NCBI RefSeq assembly: GCF_035084215.1 | Contig: NW_027139264.1 | Span: 1-64,000 of the forward strand | Length of the DNA stretch: 64,000 nucleotides | DNA from: Heptranchias perlo | Lineage: Eukaryota | Direction: 5' to 3' | Part shown: piece after piece, positions 15,191-28,110 of the stretch | How positions within the stretch are numbered: the first letter of the stretch is position 1 | How the letters are laid out: each line of letters begins with the position of its first letter | The notes under the pieces: model-generated | Told to the model about the DNA's origin: nothing | Seen by the model: only the letters and a program-made list of their open reading frames with translations | Database searches by the model: none | Program-made: the position numbers and the translations under genes

Positions 15191-16209
15191 TTCAGAATTA
15201 GTTTCCTACATAATTAGATGGAGAATACTGTTGGGAAAATAAAAATGGTCTCTTTCATCCATTAAAAAAAAGCCCGGTGCCCGGACGCTGAGTTTCTGCA
15301 CGAGACTGTAATGCAAGACTTCTGGCTTGGCACTTGAATTTAAAAGCTCCTTCCTAGGCCCATGATCTGCTTGCCACTCCCTCCCTCTTCAGGCCTCCGT
15401 TCTGCTGCTGCTCCCTACCTCTACCCCAGGGCCCCATTCTTTACTGGTCTCTCCGTCTCTCACACTGCTCCTCATTTGATTTTTCCCGACTGCTCCCGCT
15501 TCTGTTTGCTCTCCTATGCTGTACGATCCTTGGCTGCCCCGCTGCCCCCAACTCTCTCCAGGCGGACACCCTCCCCAACCTCTCCCTCTCTCAAGTCCCT
15601 GCTTTCCTCACAAAATCTGGGCCCGAAATTCCTTTGGGGAGTGGGGTGGTGGCAGAGGCAATGTAATCAGGGCTGGATTCTGGAACTGGACCCGGCTGCT
15701 CCAGGTCTCCATCCCTTTTTTCCCCAAAGTTGGGAAATTTCACCGAGAGTGTGAGGGGTCACCTCTTGTGTCCTTTCCACCCCCCCGTCCCCTCCACCCC
15801 CACTCCATGCGGACATCATTGGAAGAGATGGGACTGTAAACATGGCACCATCCATCAGAACTCCCTCAGTTCCGCTCCCCAGTGCCCCCCAACACTAAGT
15901 ACTCCTGTAGGGTACGTATCAGGACTAGATCCCCGTGGAAGTGACCAAAAGCACTTTACAGTGAAGGATTTTGGACTTTTAAATACCAGTTTTAAGGATT
16001 AATTACCTGCTAAAGGAGCTGAGTTTGGTTAAAAGTATTAATTCAACATCGGAACTGTTGAACTGACTGTTCAAGGCGGCATGCTGGACAGGTTGGCCAC
16101 GTTGGAAAAGTGTTATTCGAACTGCCTGGAAGGCTAGAGATAAGGAGGCCTTGAAATATTGTGGGAGACCATCGTAAACACCAGGTGATGTTTTTGTAGT
16201 CTCAGTCCC

Positions 16210-16900
16210 CTCAGATAATGAAGCAGTCCGAGCCCGCGTGCAGCTCGACCTGGACAACATCCAGGCTTGGGCTGATAAGTGGCAAGTAACATTCGCACCA
16301 GACAAGTGCCAGGCAATGACTATCTCCAACAAGAGAGAGTCTAACCACCTCCCCTTGACATTCAACGGCATTACCATCGCCGAATCCCCCACCATCAACA
16401 TCCTGGGGCTCGCCATTGACCAGAAACTTAACTGGACCAGCCATATAAATACTGTGGCTACAAGAGCAGGTCAGAGGCTGGGTATTCTGCGGTGAGTGAC
16501 TCACCTCCTGACTCCCCAAAGCCTTTCCACCATCTACAAGACACAAGTCAGGAGTGTGATGGAATACTCTCCACTTGCCTGGATGAGTGCAGCTCCAACA
16601 ACACTTAAGAAGCTCAACGCCATCCAGGACAAAGCAGCCCGCTTGATTGGCACCCCATCCACCACCCTAAACATTCACTCCCTTCACCACCAGCGCACTG
16701 TGACTGCAGTGTGTACCATCCACAGGATGCACTGCAGCAACTCGCCAAGGCTTCTTCGACAGCACCTCCCAAACCCGTGACCTCTACCACCTAGAAGGAC
16801 AAGAGCAGCAGGCACATGGGAATAACACCACCTGCACGTTCCCCTCCAAGTCAGACACCATCCTGACTTGGAAATATATCGCTGTTCTTTCATCGTCGCT
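16210..16900 (+). mobile_element. Non-LTR retrotransposon 3' fragment (C-terminal RT region, CR1-group-like)
   Basis: DLDNIQAWADKWQVTFAPDKCQ...IYKTQVRSVMEYSPLAW, with an in-frame stop at ~16493. Confidence 0.8.
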
Positions 16901-16902
16901 GT

Positions 16903-16937
<35 letters not shown>

Positions 16938-17395
16938 CCTGCATTTATTTCGCGCCTTTAACGTCCCAAGGCACTTCACAGGAGCAATTATCAAACAAGA
17001 CTTGACACTGAGCCACGTAAGGAGATGTTAGGACAGGTGACCAAAAGCTTGGTCAAAGAGGTAGGTTTGAAAGAGCATCTTAAAGGAGGAGAGAGAGGTG
17101 GAGAGGCGGAGAGGTTCAGGGAGGGAATTCCAGAGCTGAGGGCCTAGGCAGCTGAAGGCATGGCCGCCAATGGTGGAGTGATTAAAATTGGGGATGCGCA
17201 AGAGGCCAGAATTGGAGGAGTGCAGAGATCTCGGAGCGTTGTAGGGTTGGAGGAGGTCACAGGGATAGGGAAGTGCGAGGCCAGGGAGGGATTTGAACAC
17301 ATGGAGGAATTTTAAAATCGAGGTGTTCCCGGATCGGGAGCCAATGTAGGTCAGCGAGCACGGGGTGGGTGGGGAACGGGTGACAGGAAGGGAAG
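16903..17395 (-). mobile_element. L2 LINE 3' fragment with (TTG)n tail
   Basis: IGGHAFSCLGPQLWNSLPEPLRLSTSLSSFK...TYLFDQAF; the (AAC)n at 16903-16938 is the tail read on the + strand. Confidence 0.8.
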
Positions 17396-17974
17396 GGAAC
17401 ACCACATTTTCTGGATGCTATTGGGTAGTTTCTGGGTCATACTTTGTAGTCGCCTGAGCAAGAGTAAGTGGGCTTGAGCAATCGAATGATGCTCCAGTAC
17501 CTGTGGCCAGTGGGGTGACTCGGCTGGTATCTCAGGATTGGAGGTAGACTGGACTGTAACCCAAAGAGACTGTGCACAGAGGGTCACCAGTCACTGTTTT
17601 AGACACTCTCTGTGCTGGGTGGTTAAAAGCCACTTTAAACTGACCCCAACTGGGGTGATGGTAGTAGGGCCGCGACATGTGGCCTCAGGGCCCCTGGGTT
17701 AGGGAGGGGACTGTTATCCCCACTCTAAATCAAACAGTGTTGGAACTGTGCGTGTCTGGACATCGGACGGGCCAGGATCTGGCCAGGCTGTGTTGAAAAG
17801 CCTATTGATGCTTAGTGTCAAGGTTCACAGGTGTTTAATGGTCACTGGGGCGATATACTGGAGAGTGACCCCTGTCTGTGGAACCCTATCCAGCAAGAGG
17901 TTAATGGATTCAAGAGAGGAGGAGGAGGAGAGAAGGGAGTTGGTGAGGGAAGGAGTGTCGAGAATTTGCTTTCG

Positions 17975-18290
17975 ATTCAGCGCTTGAAATCCGTATTCTA
18001 ACTCGCACCAAGTCCCGTTCTCCCATCACCCCCTGCGTTCGCTGACCTACACTGGCCCCCGGTCCGGGAACGCCTCGATTTTAAAATTCTCATCCTTGTT
18101 TTAAATCCCTCCATGGCCTCGCCCTCCCTTTCCCTGTAACCTCCTCCAGCCCTACAACCCTCCGAGATCTCTGCGCTCCTCCAATTCTGGCCTCTAGCGC
18201 AGCCCCGATTTTAATCGCTCCACCATTGGCGGCCGTGCCTTCAGCTGCCTCGGCGTTAAGCTCTGGAATTCCGTCCCTAAACCTCTCTGG
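17975..18290 (+). mobile_element. L2 LINE fragment
   Basis: Reverse-complement similarity to the 17050-17370 L2 segment (ctccagccctacaaccctccgagatctctgcgctcc...ccattggcggccgtgccttcagctgcct). Confidence 0.7.
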
Positions 18291-18486
18291 TTCTCCAGCA
18301 GTCTCCCTCAGGATTCCTGTCTTCTTCCTTCCTGTCTCCACACAGTTCCTGAATCCCCTTCTGTCCGTGATTCTGGCTCCCCTTAAATCCTCTCTTTGGT
18401 CTCCTTCCTCCTGCTCTGTGCTCTGAGGTGTCTCCCTGTACACTGTTTTATTGTAAGTTGCTGTACACAGTCAAAACATCACATTG

Positions 18487-18930
18487 GAACATAGGAACAG
18501 GAGGAGGCCATTCAGCCCCTCGATCCTGTTCCGCCATTCAATTAGATCATGGCCAATCTGCATCTCAACTCCATCCTTGGTGCCATATCCCTTAATAACC
18601 TTGCCGAACAAAAATCGATCAATCTCAGTTGTGAAATTTTCAATTGACCCCCAGCCTCAACAGTTTTTTGGGGGAGAGAGTTACAGGTTTCCACTCCCCT
18701 TTGTGTGAAGAAACGCTTCCTGACATCACCCCTGAACGGCCTGGCTCTAATTTTAAGGTGACGCCCCCTTGTTCTGGATTCTCCCACCGGAGGAAATAGT
18801 TTCTCTCTATCTACCCTATCAAATCCTTCAATGATCTTAATTACAGCACCCGTTAATCTTCTGCACTCAAGGGAATACAAGCCTAGTCTGTGCAACCTGT
18901 CCTCATAATTCAACCCTTTCAGCCCCCAGT
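18487..18930 (-). mobile_element. CR1 LINE 3' end (second copy at ~21828-22280)
   Basis: YEDRLHRLGLYSLECRRL...FFTQRGV, typical of the CR1 ORF2 C-terminus. Confidence 0.85.
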
Positions 18931-19554
18931 ATGAAAGTACTTCTCACAATGAATGGCGTTTCCCACATTACAACAGTGATGACACTTTCACATTACTTCA
19001 CTTTCTGTGAAGCGCTTTGGGACATCCTGAGGTTGTGAAAGGTGATGTATAAAAAGATCTTTTGTTCTTTCCGAACCTTCTTGTGCTGCTTCAGCAGGGT
19101 GACACTGAAATCGAAGCAGATTCGAAGCCTGGCCCCCCGTTCCCACCTTCACCTCACAGCAACACAATGGACTTTGGACTGTCCGATGTCCGATGTGTTG
19201 CTCAGGCCCACGACTGACTTTTATTTCTGAGCAAACACTGCCCGTTTATTATAGTCTCTGAGCGGGTCAAGGCCAAAGTGAACTCTGTGTGTCCGATTGT
19301 GGGGAGAATGAGCTGCTGACTCTTCAATAATCAACTGGTGCTCGAGGAAAAAATACTCACAGTGATGTTGATCTGGGTGAATTAGAATAAATTGGCATCG
19401 AAACAAATTCACAGACAGATTTTTATGTTAATTTTCAATGCACCGTCTTCGAGTTGCGCTTAACATGAGGCTCCTCAGAACAGCAATCCATGAGGATAAC
19501 AGAACATTGAACAATGTCAACAAATCCAGTCAGTGGACGTCATGCTCAAACTGA

Positions 19555-20030
19555 GGGGGAGGGGGAAAGGGGAAGGGGGAGAGCATGGGGGAGGCAGAGG
19601 GATAGGATGTGGGAGAGCGGGAGGGAGAAGGAGAGGGGGAGGGAGACGGAGAGAGGGGGGGGAGGAGATGGGAGTGGGAGATAGTGAGGGGTAGGGAGAT
19701 GAGAGGGAAAGGGATGGGGAGGGAGAGGGGACGGGGAAGGGTCGGGAGAGGGATGAGGAGGGAGAGGGGACGGGGATGGAGAAGGAGAAAGAGAGGTGGA
19801 GGATTGGGTGGAATTGTGCAGGGAGAGTGGGAAGGAGGGGATATGAGGAGGGAGGGGGGAATTGGATGAAGAGAGGGAGAGGAAGGGAAAGGAGATGGGG
19901 AGTGGAAGAGGACAAGAAGGGAGATGAGGAGGGGAGGGAGAGGGAGATGGGAGTGAGAGGGTGGGACAGGGAGAGAGGGATGGTGGGAGTTAGAGGAGGA
20001 GGAGGGGACGGGGAGGGAGAGCGAGTAGGG
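19555..20030 (+). repeat. Polypurine (G/A-rich) low-complexity tract
   Basis: Almost exclusively G and A with many GGG runs; a counterpart with different sequence lies at ~22907-23335. Confidence 0.9.
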
Positions 20031-20399
20031 AGATTATCTGGCCATTAACTCGTTGCTGTTTGTGGCATCTTGCTGTGCGCAAATTGGCTGCCGTGTTTCC
20101 TACATTAAAACAGTGACTGCACTTCACTAATACTTCACTGTCTGTAAAACTCTTTGGGAGGTCCTGAGGTGGTGAAATCACAATAGGAATGTGAGTCTCT
20201 CTTTTCTTTGTGGTCCCATTGCCAGTGAGAGTCGGTGCATTGGGAAGAGAATGGGAGGGGTGAAAGTGGGAGTCTGGAATAGACCATTGAAATACAGGGG
20301 GTGTAACCAGATGCGATGGTTCGGTGTTAATACTGGGCTGGGCCTCAGTGTGAACCCCTGCTGTAAGATGCAGGCTCAGACTCCACTCCCTGGGACCCA

Positions 20400-20568
20400 G
20401 TGACCAGAACAAGTCCCTCCATTCTAACTGGATCTGGTTATCAGACCTGCTGCACACAAGCACCAATAAGTAGCTTCAGACTCGAGTGGTGTTGAAAACG
20501 CAAGAGATTAAGTTACTGTTACAGCAGCTTCTCTCCTGGTTAATCAGCGCCTCGGGTGACTTTACAAC
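20400..20568 (+). promoter_or_regulatory. Putative proximal promoter/5'UTR of the MHC class I gene with a CCAAT box at 20463-20467
   Basis: CCAAT lies ~100 bp upstream of the leader ATG. A canonical S-X-Y module, ISRE or kB site could not be identified with confidence. Confidence 0.35.
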
Positions 20569-20620
20569 ATGCTGCTTGTTACTTTACTGAACGTTTACTG
20601 TGTGCCCAACGTCTCCTCTG
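20569..20620 (+). CDS. MHC class I-like gene, exon 1 (signal peptide MLLVTLLNVYCVPNVSS)
   Basis: acaacATG start, hydrophobic 17-aa leader, strong phase-1 donor TCTG|GTAAGC. Joining G to AT of the alpha1 exon gives Asp1 in frame. Confidence 0.75.
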
Positions 20621-21134
20621 GTAAGCAAATCAAACAGCTTCTATCTGTGGACAGTATTTGAGGGGACACCGAGATTGAACCCATCTTCATCACAAGATGC
20701 TCTCGAGCGGCCCCTGGGTTTGGACTATCTCATTGCCTTGGGTGTGTGAGCGATTCAGGTTAAGGATGATCCCTGTTCTGGGGAGGGGTCACTGGGAGAG
20801 GTTGTGTCACTGATCTGTTTGCAAAGTGTTTGTTCGAGGCACTTTTCTTCAATTATTGTCAAGGCTCACAGACAAATAACAGCCATTTTGGGGGGTGAGG
20901 TATTGGAGCTGTACCTCGGAAGCAGTGGAAGGGAAGGGGATGGAGGGAATGGGAAGGGACAGGAAAGAAAAGGAAGGGGAAGGGAAGGGAAGGAATCGGA
21001 AAGGAAGGGAAAGGGAATGGAAGGGGAGGGAAGGAAAACCCTTTCCCTCGGATGGTGTTTGAAGGAGGATTCCATTATCCCCTTTCACATAACGGGCTCG
21101 ATTGTGGTTTTAGCTCCGAGACATTAGGCATCAC

Positions 21135-21310
21135 CTGGGCTGAGTTCAGAACGGAAATCTGGCCGGGCGGGGGGGATTTCAATAGATGGAAAATGCTCCA
21201 GGTTCTGTTCCTGCCGTGTGATCCTCCTCTCCAGATTTTGCTCTCTCTCTGCTCCGCCCAGTTGATGCTGAACACCCAGGTGGTAAAGGTGAAAATCGAC
21301 CTCAATATTA
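21135..21310 (-). other. Exon-like antisense segment inside class I intron 1 (coiled-coil-like peptide), tentative
   Basis: tgtggtccAG acceptor and CCCAG|GTGA donor; open frame NIEVDFHLYHLGVQHQLGGAEREQNLERRITRQEQNLEHFPSIEIPPARPDFRSELSP. Confidence 0.25.
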
Positions 21311-21624
21311 CTGGACCACAGACACGTGTGAACCTTTCAGAGATTGTGTTCTGATCGATGTGTTCTGCCTCCTCCCTCTCACCCCCATCCCTTGTTCGTG
21401 CCAAAACCCCATCAGCTCCTCCAACTCCACAGAATTGACTCAAAGGTTCATTTCTTCACCTTTAAAGCCCTCTCTGTCCTCCTCCCTTCCCACCTCCGCA
21501 ATCTCCCCCAATCTCATGCCCCCACATGCCCCCTCCGCTCCTCCCACACCGGCCTAACCCCTCCTTCTCCACTGCCTCTGTTCCACCACTGGGAGCCGAT
21601 CCTTCAGTCTCTCCTGTCCCTGCC

Positions 21625-23847
21625 CTCTCCAGCAATCTCCCTCAGGATTCCTGCCTTGTCCCTTCCCGGCCTCTCCACTGTTCCTGAATCAACTCCTGAG
21701 TGTGATTCTGGCTCCTCTTAAATCCTCTCTTTGGGCTCCTCCCTCCTGCTCTGTGCTCTGAGGCGTCTCCCTGTACACGAGGGCTGTTGTAGTAATGTAA
21801 GCTGCTGCACACAGTCAAAGCATCTCATCGGAACATGGGAACAGGAGGAGGCCATTCAGCCCCTCAAGCCTGTTCCGCCATTCAATTAGATCATGGCTGA
21901 TCTGTTTCTTAACTCCACCCACCCGCCTTGGTGCCATATCCCATAATAACCTTGCCTAACAAAAATCGATCAATCTCAGTTGTGAAATTTTCAATTGACC
22001 CCCAGCCTCAACAGCATTTTGGGGGAGAGAGTTCCAGATTTCCACTCCCCTTTGTGTGAAGAAACGCTTCCTGACATCACCCCTGAACGGCCTGGCTCTA
22101 ATTTTAAGGTGACGCCCCCTCTTGTTCTGGACTCTCCCACTGGAGGAAATAGTTTCTCTCTATCTTCAATATCAAATCCTTCAATGATCTTAATTACAGC
22201 ACCCGTTAATCTTCTGCACTCAAGGGAATACAAGCCTCGTCTGTGCAACCTGTCCTCATAATTTAACCCTTTCAGCCCCCAGTATGAAAGTACTTCTCAT
22301 AATGAATGGCGTTTCCCACATTACAACAGTGATGACACTTTCACATTACTTCACTTTCTGTGAAGCGCTTTGGGACATCCTGAGGTTGTGAAAGGTGATG
22401 TATAAAAAGATCTTTTGTTCTTTCCGAACCTTCTTGTGCTGCTTCAGCAGGGTGACACTGAAATCGAAGCAGATTCGAAGCCTGCCCCCCCGTTCCCACC
22501 TTCACCTCACAGCAACACAATGGACTTTGGGCTGTCCGATGTCCGATGTGTTGCTCAGGCCCACGACTGACTTTTATTTCTGAGCAAACACTGCCCGTTT
22601 ATTATAGTCTCTGAGCGGGTCAAGGCCAAAGTGAACTCTGTGTGTCCGATTGTGGGGAGAATGAGCTGCTGACTCTTCAATAATCAACTGGTGCTCGAGG
22701 CAAAAATACTCACAGTGATGTTGATCTGGGTGAATTAGAATAAATTGGCATCGAAGCAAATTCACAGACAGATTTTTATGTTAATTTTCAATGCACCGTC
22801 TTCGAGTCGCGCTTAACATGAGGCTCCTCAGAACAGCAATCCATGAGGATAACAGAACATTGAACAATGTCACCAAATCCAGTCAGTGGACGTCATGCTC
22901 AAACTGAGGGGGAGGGGGAAAGGGAGGGAGAGGGATAGTGGGAGGGAGATGGAGAGGGAGAATGGGAGGGGGAGTCGGAGGGAGAGTTGGAGGCAGAGGC
23001 TGAGGGGGAGGGGAGGGAGAGTGGAGGGGAGGGAGAGTGGAGGGGAGGGAGAGGCTGGGGGAGCTAGAGGGAGAGAGGGAGGGTGATGGGGAAGGGACAG
23101 AGAAGGGGAGCGAGAGGGAGAGGTGCAGGAGGGGGTGTGTGAGTGAAGAGAGAGGGTAAAGGTGGGGAGATGGGGAGGGAGAGGGGGAGTCAGACAAAGA
23201 GAGGGAGAGGAAAGGGAAGAGGATGAGGCAGATGGGGAGAGAGAGGGAGATGGGGAGGGAGAGGGTGGGAAAGGGAGAGAGGGATGGTGGGAGAGAGTGG
23301 GGGATGAGGAGGGGGAGGGGAGGGAGTGGGGAGATTATCTGGTCATTATCTCGTTGATGTTTGTGGGATCTTGCTGTGCGCAAATTGGCTGCCGTGTTTC
23401 CTACATTAAAACAGTGACTGCACTTCACTAATACTTCACTGTCTGTAAAACGCTTTGGGAGGTCCTGAGGTGGTGAAATCACAATAGGAATGTGAGTCTC
23501 TCTTTTCTTTGTGGTCCCATTGCCAGTGAGAGTCGATGCATTGGGAAGAGAATGGGAGGGGTGAAAGTGGGAGTCTGGAATAGACCATTGAAATACAGGG
23601 GGTGTAAACAGATGCGATGGTTCGGTGTTAATACTGGGCTGGGCCTCAGTGTGAACCCCTGCTGTAAGATGCAGGCTCAGACTCCACTCCCTGGGACCCA
23701 GTGACCAGAACAAGTCCCTCCATTCTAACTGGATCTGGTTATCAGACCTGCTGCACACAAGCACCAATAAGTAGCTTCAGACTCGAGTGGTGTTGAAAAG
23801 CGCAAGAGATTAAGTTACTGTTACAGCAGGTTCTCTCCTGGTTAATC
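21625..23847 (+). repeat. Local segmental duplication, copy 2: promoter copy without the leader exon, inside intron 1
   Basis: Matches 18293-20546; similarity ends at ...ctcctggttaatc, about 22 bp before the position of the leader ATG in copy 1. Confidence 0.93.
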
Positions 23848-24044
23848 CGTGTCCATGACTGACATTTATTTCTGGTCAAACACTGCCTGTTTATTGTAGT
23901 CTCTGAGCACGTCAAGGCCAAGGTGAACTCTAAGGGGTCGATTTTAACCCCATGAACGGGTGGGTTTGGGTGCAGGTGGGAAGGTAAAAATTGTAAAAAT
24001 CTAAAACCCGCCTTCCAACTGACCACTTCCGGTTTTAACGGCAT

Positions 24045-27000
24045 AGAACCATACAAAGGATACAGCACAGAAGGGGGCTATTCGGCCCATCGTGTCCGTG
24101 CCGGCTCGAAAAACAACCAGGTCCCCATTCTAGTCCCACCTTCCAGCACCCGGTCCGTAGCCCTGCAGCTTACAGCACTTTAGATGCAGGTCCAGGTACT
24201 TTTTAAAAGAGTTGAGGGTCCCTGCCTCTACCACCAATTCGGGCAGCGAATTCCATACACCCACCACCCTCTGGGTAAAAGTGTTTTTCCTCATGTCCCC
24301 TCTAATCCTTCCGCCAATCAGCTTAAAGCTATGTCCTCTAGTTCTTGAACTCTCCGCTAGGGGAAACAGGTATTTCCTGTCTACTCTATCTAGGCCCCTC
24401 ATAATTTTGTACACCTCAATCAAGTCTCCCCTCAGCCTCCTCTGCTCCAAGGAAAACAACCCCAGCCAATCCAATCTCTCCTCCGAGCTGCAATTTTCAA
24501 GCCCTGGCAACATTCTTGTAAATCTTCTCTGCACTCTCTCCAGAGCAATTACGTCCTTCCTGTAATGTGGTGACCAGAACTGCGCACAATACTCCAGCTG
24601 TGGCCTTACCAGCATTTTATACAGTTCCATCATTACATCCCTGATTTTGTATTCTATGCCTCTGCTAATAACGGAGAGCATTCCGTATGCCTTCTTCACA
24701 ACCTTATCGACCTGTACTGCCACCTTCAGGGACCTGTGCACATGCACTCCAAGGTCTCTCACTTCCTCTACCCCTCTCAATATATTCCAGTTTACTGTGT
24801 ATTCCCTTTTACTGTTTGCCCTCCCTAAGTGCATTACCTCACACTTCTCCAGGTTGAACTCCATTTGCCACTTTTCCGCCCACTCCACCAACCCATTGAT
24901 ATCTTCTTGGAGTCTACAGCTATCCTCTTCACTATCAACTGCACGGCCAATTTTTGTCGTCTATAAATTTGCCAATCATGCCCCCTACATTCAAGTCCAA
25001 ATCATTAATACATACCACAAACAGCAAGAAACCCAACACTGAGCCTTGTGGCACACCACTGGAAACGGATTTCCATTCTCAAAGACATCCATCGACTTTT
25101 ACCATTTGTTTCCTGTTACTGAGCCAATTTTGGATCCAATTCACCACATTTCCCTGTATCCCATGGGCTTTTACCTTTCTGACCAGTCTGCCATGTGGGA
25201 CCTTGTCAAATGCCTTACTAAAATCCATGTAGACAGCATCCATTGCACTACCCTCATCAATCCTCCTTGTCACTTCCTCAAAGAATTTAATCAGATTTGT
25301 AAGGCATGACCTTCCCTGAACAAATCCATGCTGACTATCCCTGATTAAACCATGCCTTTCCAAGTGACAGTTTATCCTATCTCTCAGTATTGATTCTAAT
25401 CGTTTGCCCACCACCGAGGTAAGACTGACCGGCCTATAATTGTTCGGCCTTTCCCTCGTACCCTTTTTAAACAACGGTACTACGTTTGCAGTCTTCCAGT
25501 CCTCCGGTACCTCCCCTGTATCTAGTGAGGATTGGAAAATGATCCTCAGAGCATCCGCTATTTCCTCACTGGCTTCCTTCAATAGCCTAGGAAACAATCC
25601 ATCCAGCCCTGGTGACTTATCAAATTTCAAGGATTCCACTCCCTCTGGTACTTCCTCTCTCGTTATGTTTATTTTATCCAATATTTCACACCTCTCCTCT
25701 TTAACTACTACGTCCAGATCATCCCTTTCCCTTATGAATACGAAGACAAAATATTCATTTAAAACCCTACCCACATCCTCTGCTTCTACACACAGGTTAC
25801 CCTTATCGTCCCTGATCGGTCCCACCTTTTCCTCAGCTATCCTCTTGTTCTTAATGTACTGATAAAACATCTTTGGGTTTTCTTTAATCTTACTCGTTAA
25901 TATTTCTTCATGCCCGCTCTTTGCTTTCCTTATTTCCTTTTTTACGTCATCCCTGTACTTTCTATACTCCTCCAGGCTTTCTGCAGTATTTAGTTTTCTG
26001 TGACAGTCATAATCTTTCTTTTCCTGCTTTATCTTGCCCCGTATACTTCTAGACAACCAGGGGGCTCTAAATTTGGCAGTGCCACCCTTTTTCTTTGAGG
26101 GGACGTGTCTGCATTGTACCCGTAGAATTTCACTTTTTAGTGCCTCCCACTGGCTTGCCACTGATTTCTCCTCAAGTAGTTGTGTCCAGTCCACTTCTGC
26201 CAAATCACCTCTAAGTTCTGTAAAATTTGCCTTCCCCCAATTTAAAACATTTACTCCTGATTTAACACTGTCCTTTTCCATAATAATGCTGAAACTAACT
26301 GAATTGTGGTCACCATCCCCAATATGGTCACCCACTGTCACTTCACCCACTTGCCCATCTTCATTTCCCAGGACTAAATCTCGAATGGCATCCCCTCTTG
26401 TTGGGCTTGTCACGTACTGGCTAAAAAAGTTCTCCTGGACACCAATCAAGAATTTTGCGCCCTCTGTGCCCCTCACACTGTTTGAATCCCAGTTGATGTT
26501 CGGGTAGTTGAAATCCCCTACTATTATTGCCCTCTTATTTTTGCACTCAGAAATTTGCCGACATATTTGTTCTTCTATCTCCCTTTCGCTATTCGGGGGT
26601 CTAGAGTACACTCCTAGTAGTGTGACTGCCCCTTTTTTATTCCTTAGCTCAACCCATACGGCCTCGATTAATGATCCATTTAGCATATCATCCCTTCTCA
26701 CAACTCTAATTGATTCTTTAACCAATAATGCTACCCCCCTCCTTTTTTATCACCCACTCGATCCTGCTTGAACACTCTATATCCAGGGATATTGAGCTGC
26801 CAATTATCCCCCTCTTTAAGCCAGGTTTCCATTATAGCAATGATATCATGCTGCCACGTGTCTATCTGTGCCCTTAGCTCATCTGCTTTGTTTGTAATAC
26901 TCCTTGAATTGAAGTATATACCCTTTAACCCCGTCAAATTCCTGTGCTGAACACTATTTAACCTTTGCTTTTTTGCATTTCTGAGTCGCAAACTACGTCA

Positions 27001-27395
27001 CTAACTGCTTTTCTACTTTGCGTTTCCTGGTCTGAATTTGTCCTATCTGGACCTGCCCTTTGGTTCCCATCCCCCACCATACTAGTTTAAACCCTCCCCA
27101 ACACAACTCGCAAATGTCCCCACGAGGATACTGGTCCCGGTTCTGCTTGGGTGCAATCCTTTCATCTTGTACAGGTCCCGCCTTTCCCAGAATCGGTCTC
27201 AATGCCTCAGGAATTTAAACCCCTCCCTCCTACACCATCTCTCAAGCCACGCATTCATCTGGTCTATTCTCCTATTTCTGCTCTCGCTGGCATGTGGCAC
27301 TGGGAGTAATCCTGAGATTACTTCCTTAGAGGTCCTGCTTTTTAATTTATTTCCTATCTCCCGATATTCTGCTTGCAGGACCTCATCCGTTTTTT
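24045..27395 (-). mobile_element. CR1 LINE, ~3.35 kb: end of ORF1 (esterase-like) plus frameshifted ORF2 (APE endonuclease and RT)
   Basis: ORF1 VISGLLPVPHASESRNRRIDQMNAWLERWCRREGF; endonuclease YFNSRSITNK, IIAIMETWL, IIVGDFNYP, DHN; RT YRPVSLTSVVGK, YMDFSKAFDKVPH; 3' end QGYGPGAGRWD. Confidence 0.95.
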
Positions 27396-27599
27396 TTTTA
27401 CAATACTTCACACTAAATTGTGGGAGTACGACTTAGGTTCAAACGAGTAAAAGGCGACTTGGGACAGACGTCAGGATGATATCTTCCTCATGCTAAAGCC
27501 TCGATTTTAACCTAACCTGTCCAGAGGGAATGGGATGGATTTGGTTCAACTTCAATGGAGCGTAAAATCGGGCAGGGTATAAATAGGGCGAACCATGTG

Positions 27600-28110
27600 A
27601 CCTGTTACTAAACGGGGAACAGAGAGGAGACAATAGGAGGGAGTCCACAGTTAAAGTCAGAGGTCCTGTGGTGGGATAAAGTTGATGTAGATAGGGTGGA
27701 GTCAGCTTGGAGCATCAACCAACTGATGTCCAGGTTCGGTGACAGGGTGTGGAGGGTGAGTGAGTCCAGAAGCTATTTGAAGGGTAGATTATCGGAGGAC
27801 GCACTGCTGGGGGGGATTTCCGTGGGGATGAAGAGTCAGGAGGTTTGGAGAATCGATCGCAGAGCAGAAGAACAATGGTGAAGATGGAGGTCACTGTAAG
27901 ATCTAGAAGCAGCGGAGGAATGGACTTCGGCCCAGGGGAGTGAATTTCTGGCCAGGAACCAGAGTGTAGAAAAATAAAGCTGAAAAACCAGTAGTACAGT
28001 CATAAACTCAGCAGGTAATAGCTGGGGGATGGGCTGTGGGCTGGACAAAGTTACCTTAACTCTTAAGCAGCTGAGTCTTCCAGTGGAGTAGCGTAGTGCT
28101 GAGAAGTCGA
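27600..28110 (-). mobile_element. Probable L2-like LINE endonuclease-region fragment, degenerate
   Basis: Minus strand contains pyrimidine-rich coding remnants (ctctgactttaac, i.e. a xDFN-like motif) with many disruptions. Confidence 0.4.

Larger units (their letters stand above)
18293..20546 (+). repeat. Local segmental duplication, copy 1: upstream/promoter region of the class I gene
   Basis: Near-identical to 21625-23847, offset ~3.3 kb. Paired ORFs at 19042/22395, 19221/22574 and 20191/23492 confirm this. Confidence 0.93.

Noticed and set aside
20240-20460. Canonical class I enhancer A, ISRE and S-X-Y module
   Set aside because: Only weak partial matches (e.g. GAAAGTGGGA); spacing and consensus are not convincing by eye.
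24045-27395. Active autonomous retrotransposon
   Set aside because: ORF2 is split by frameshifts, the GVPQGS/FADD region is disrupted, and ORF1 is 5'-truncated.
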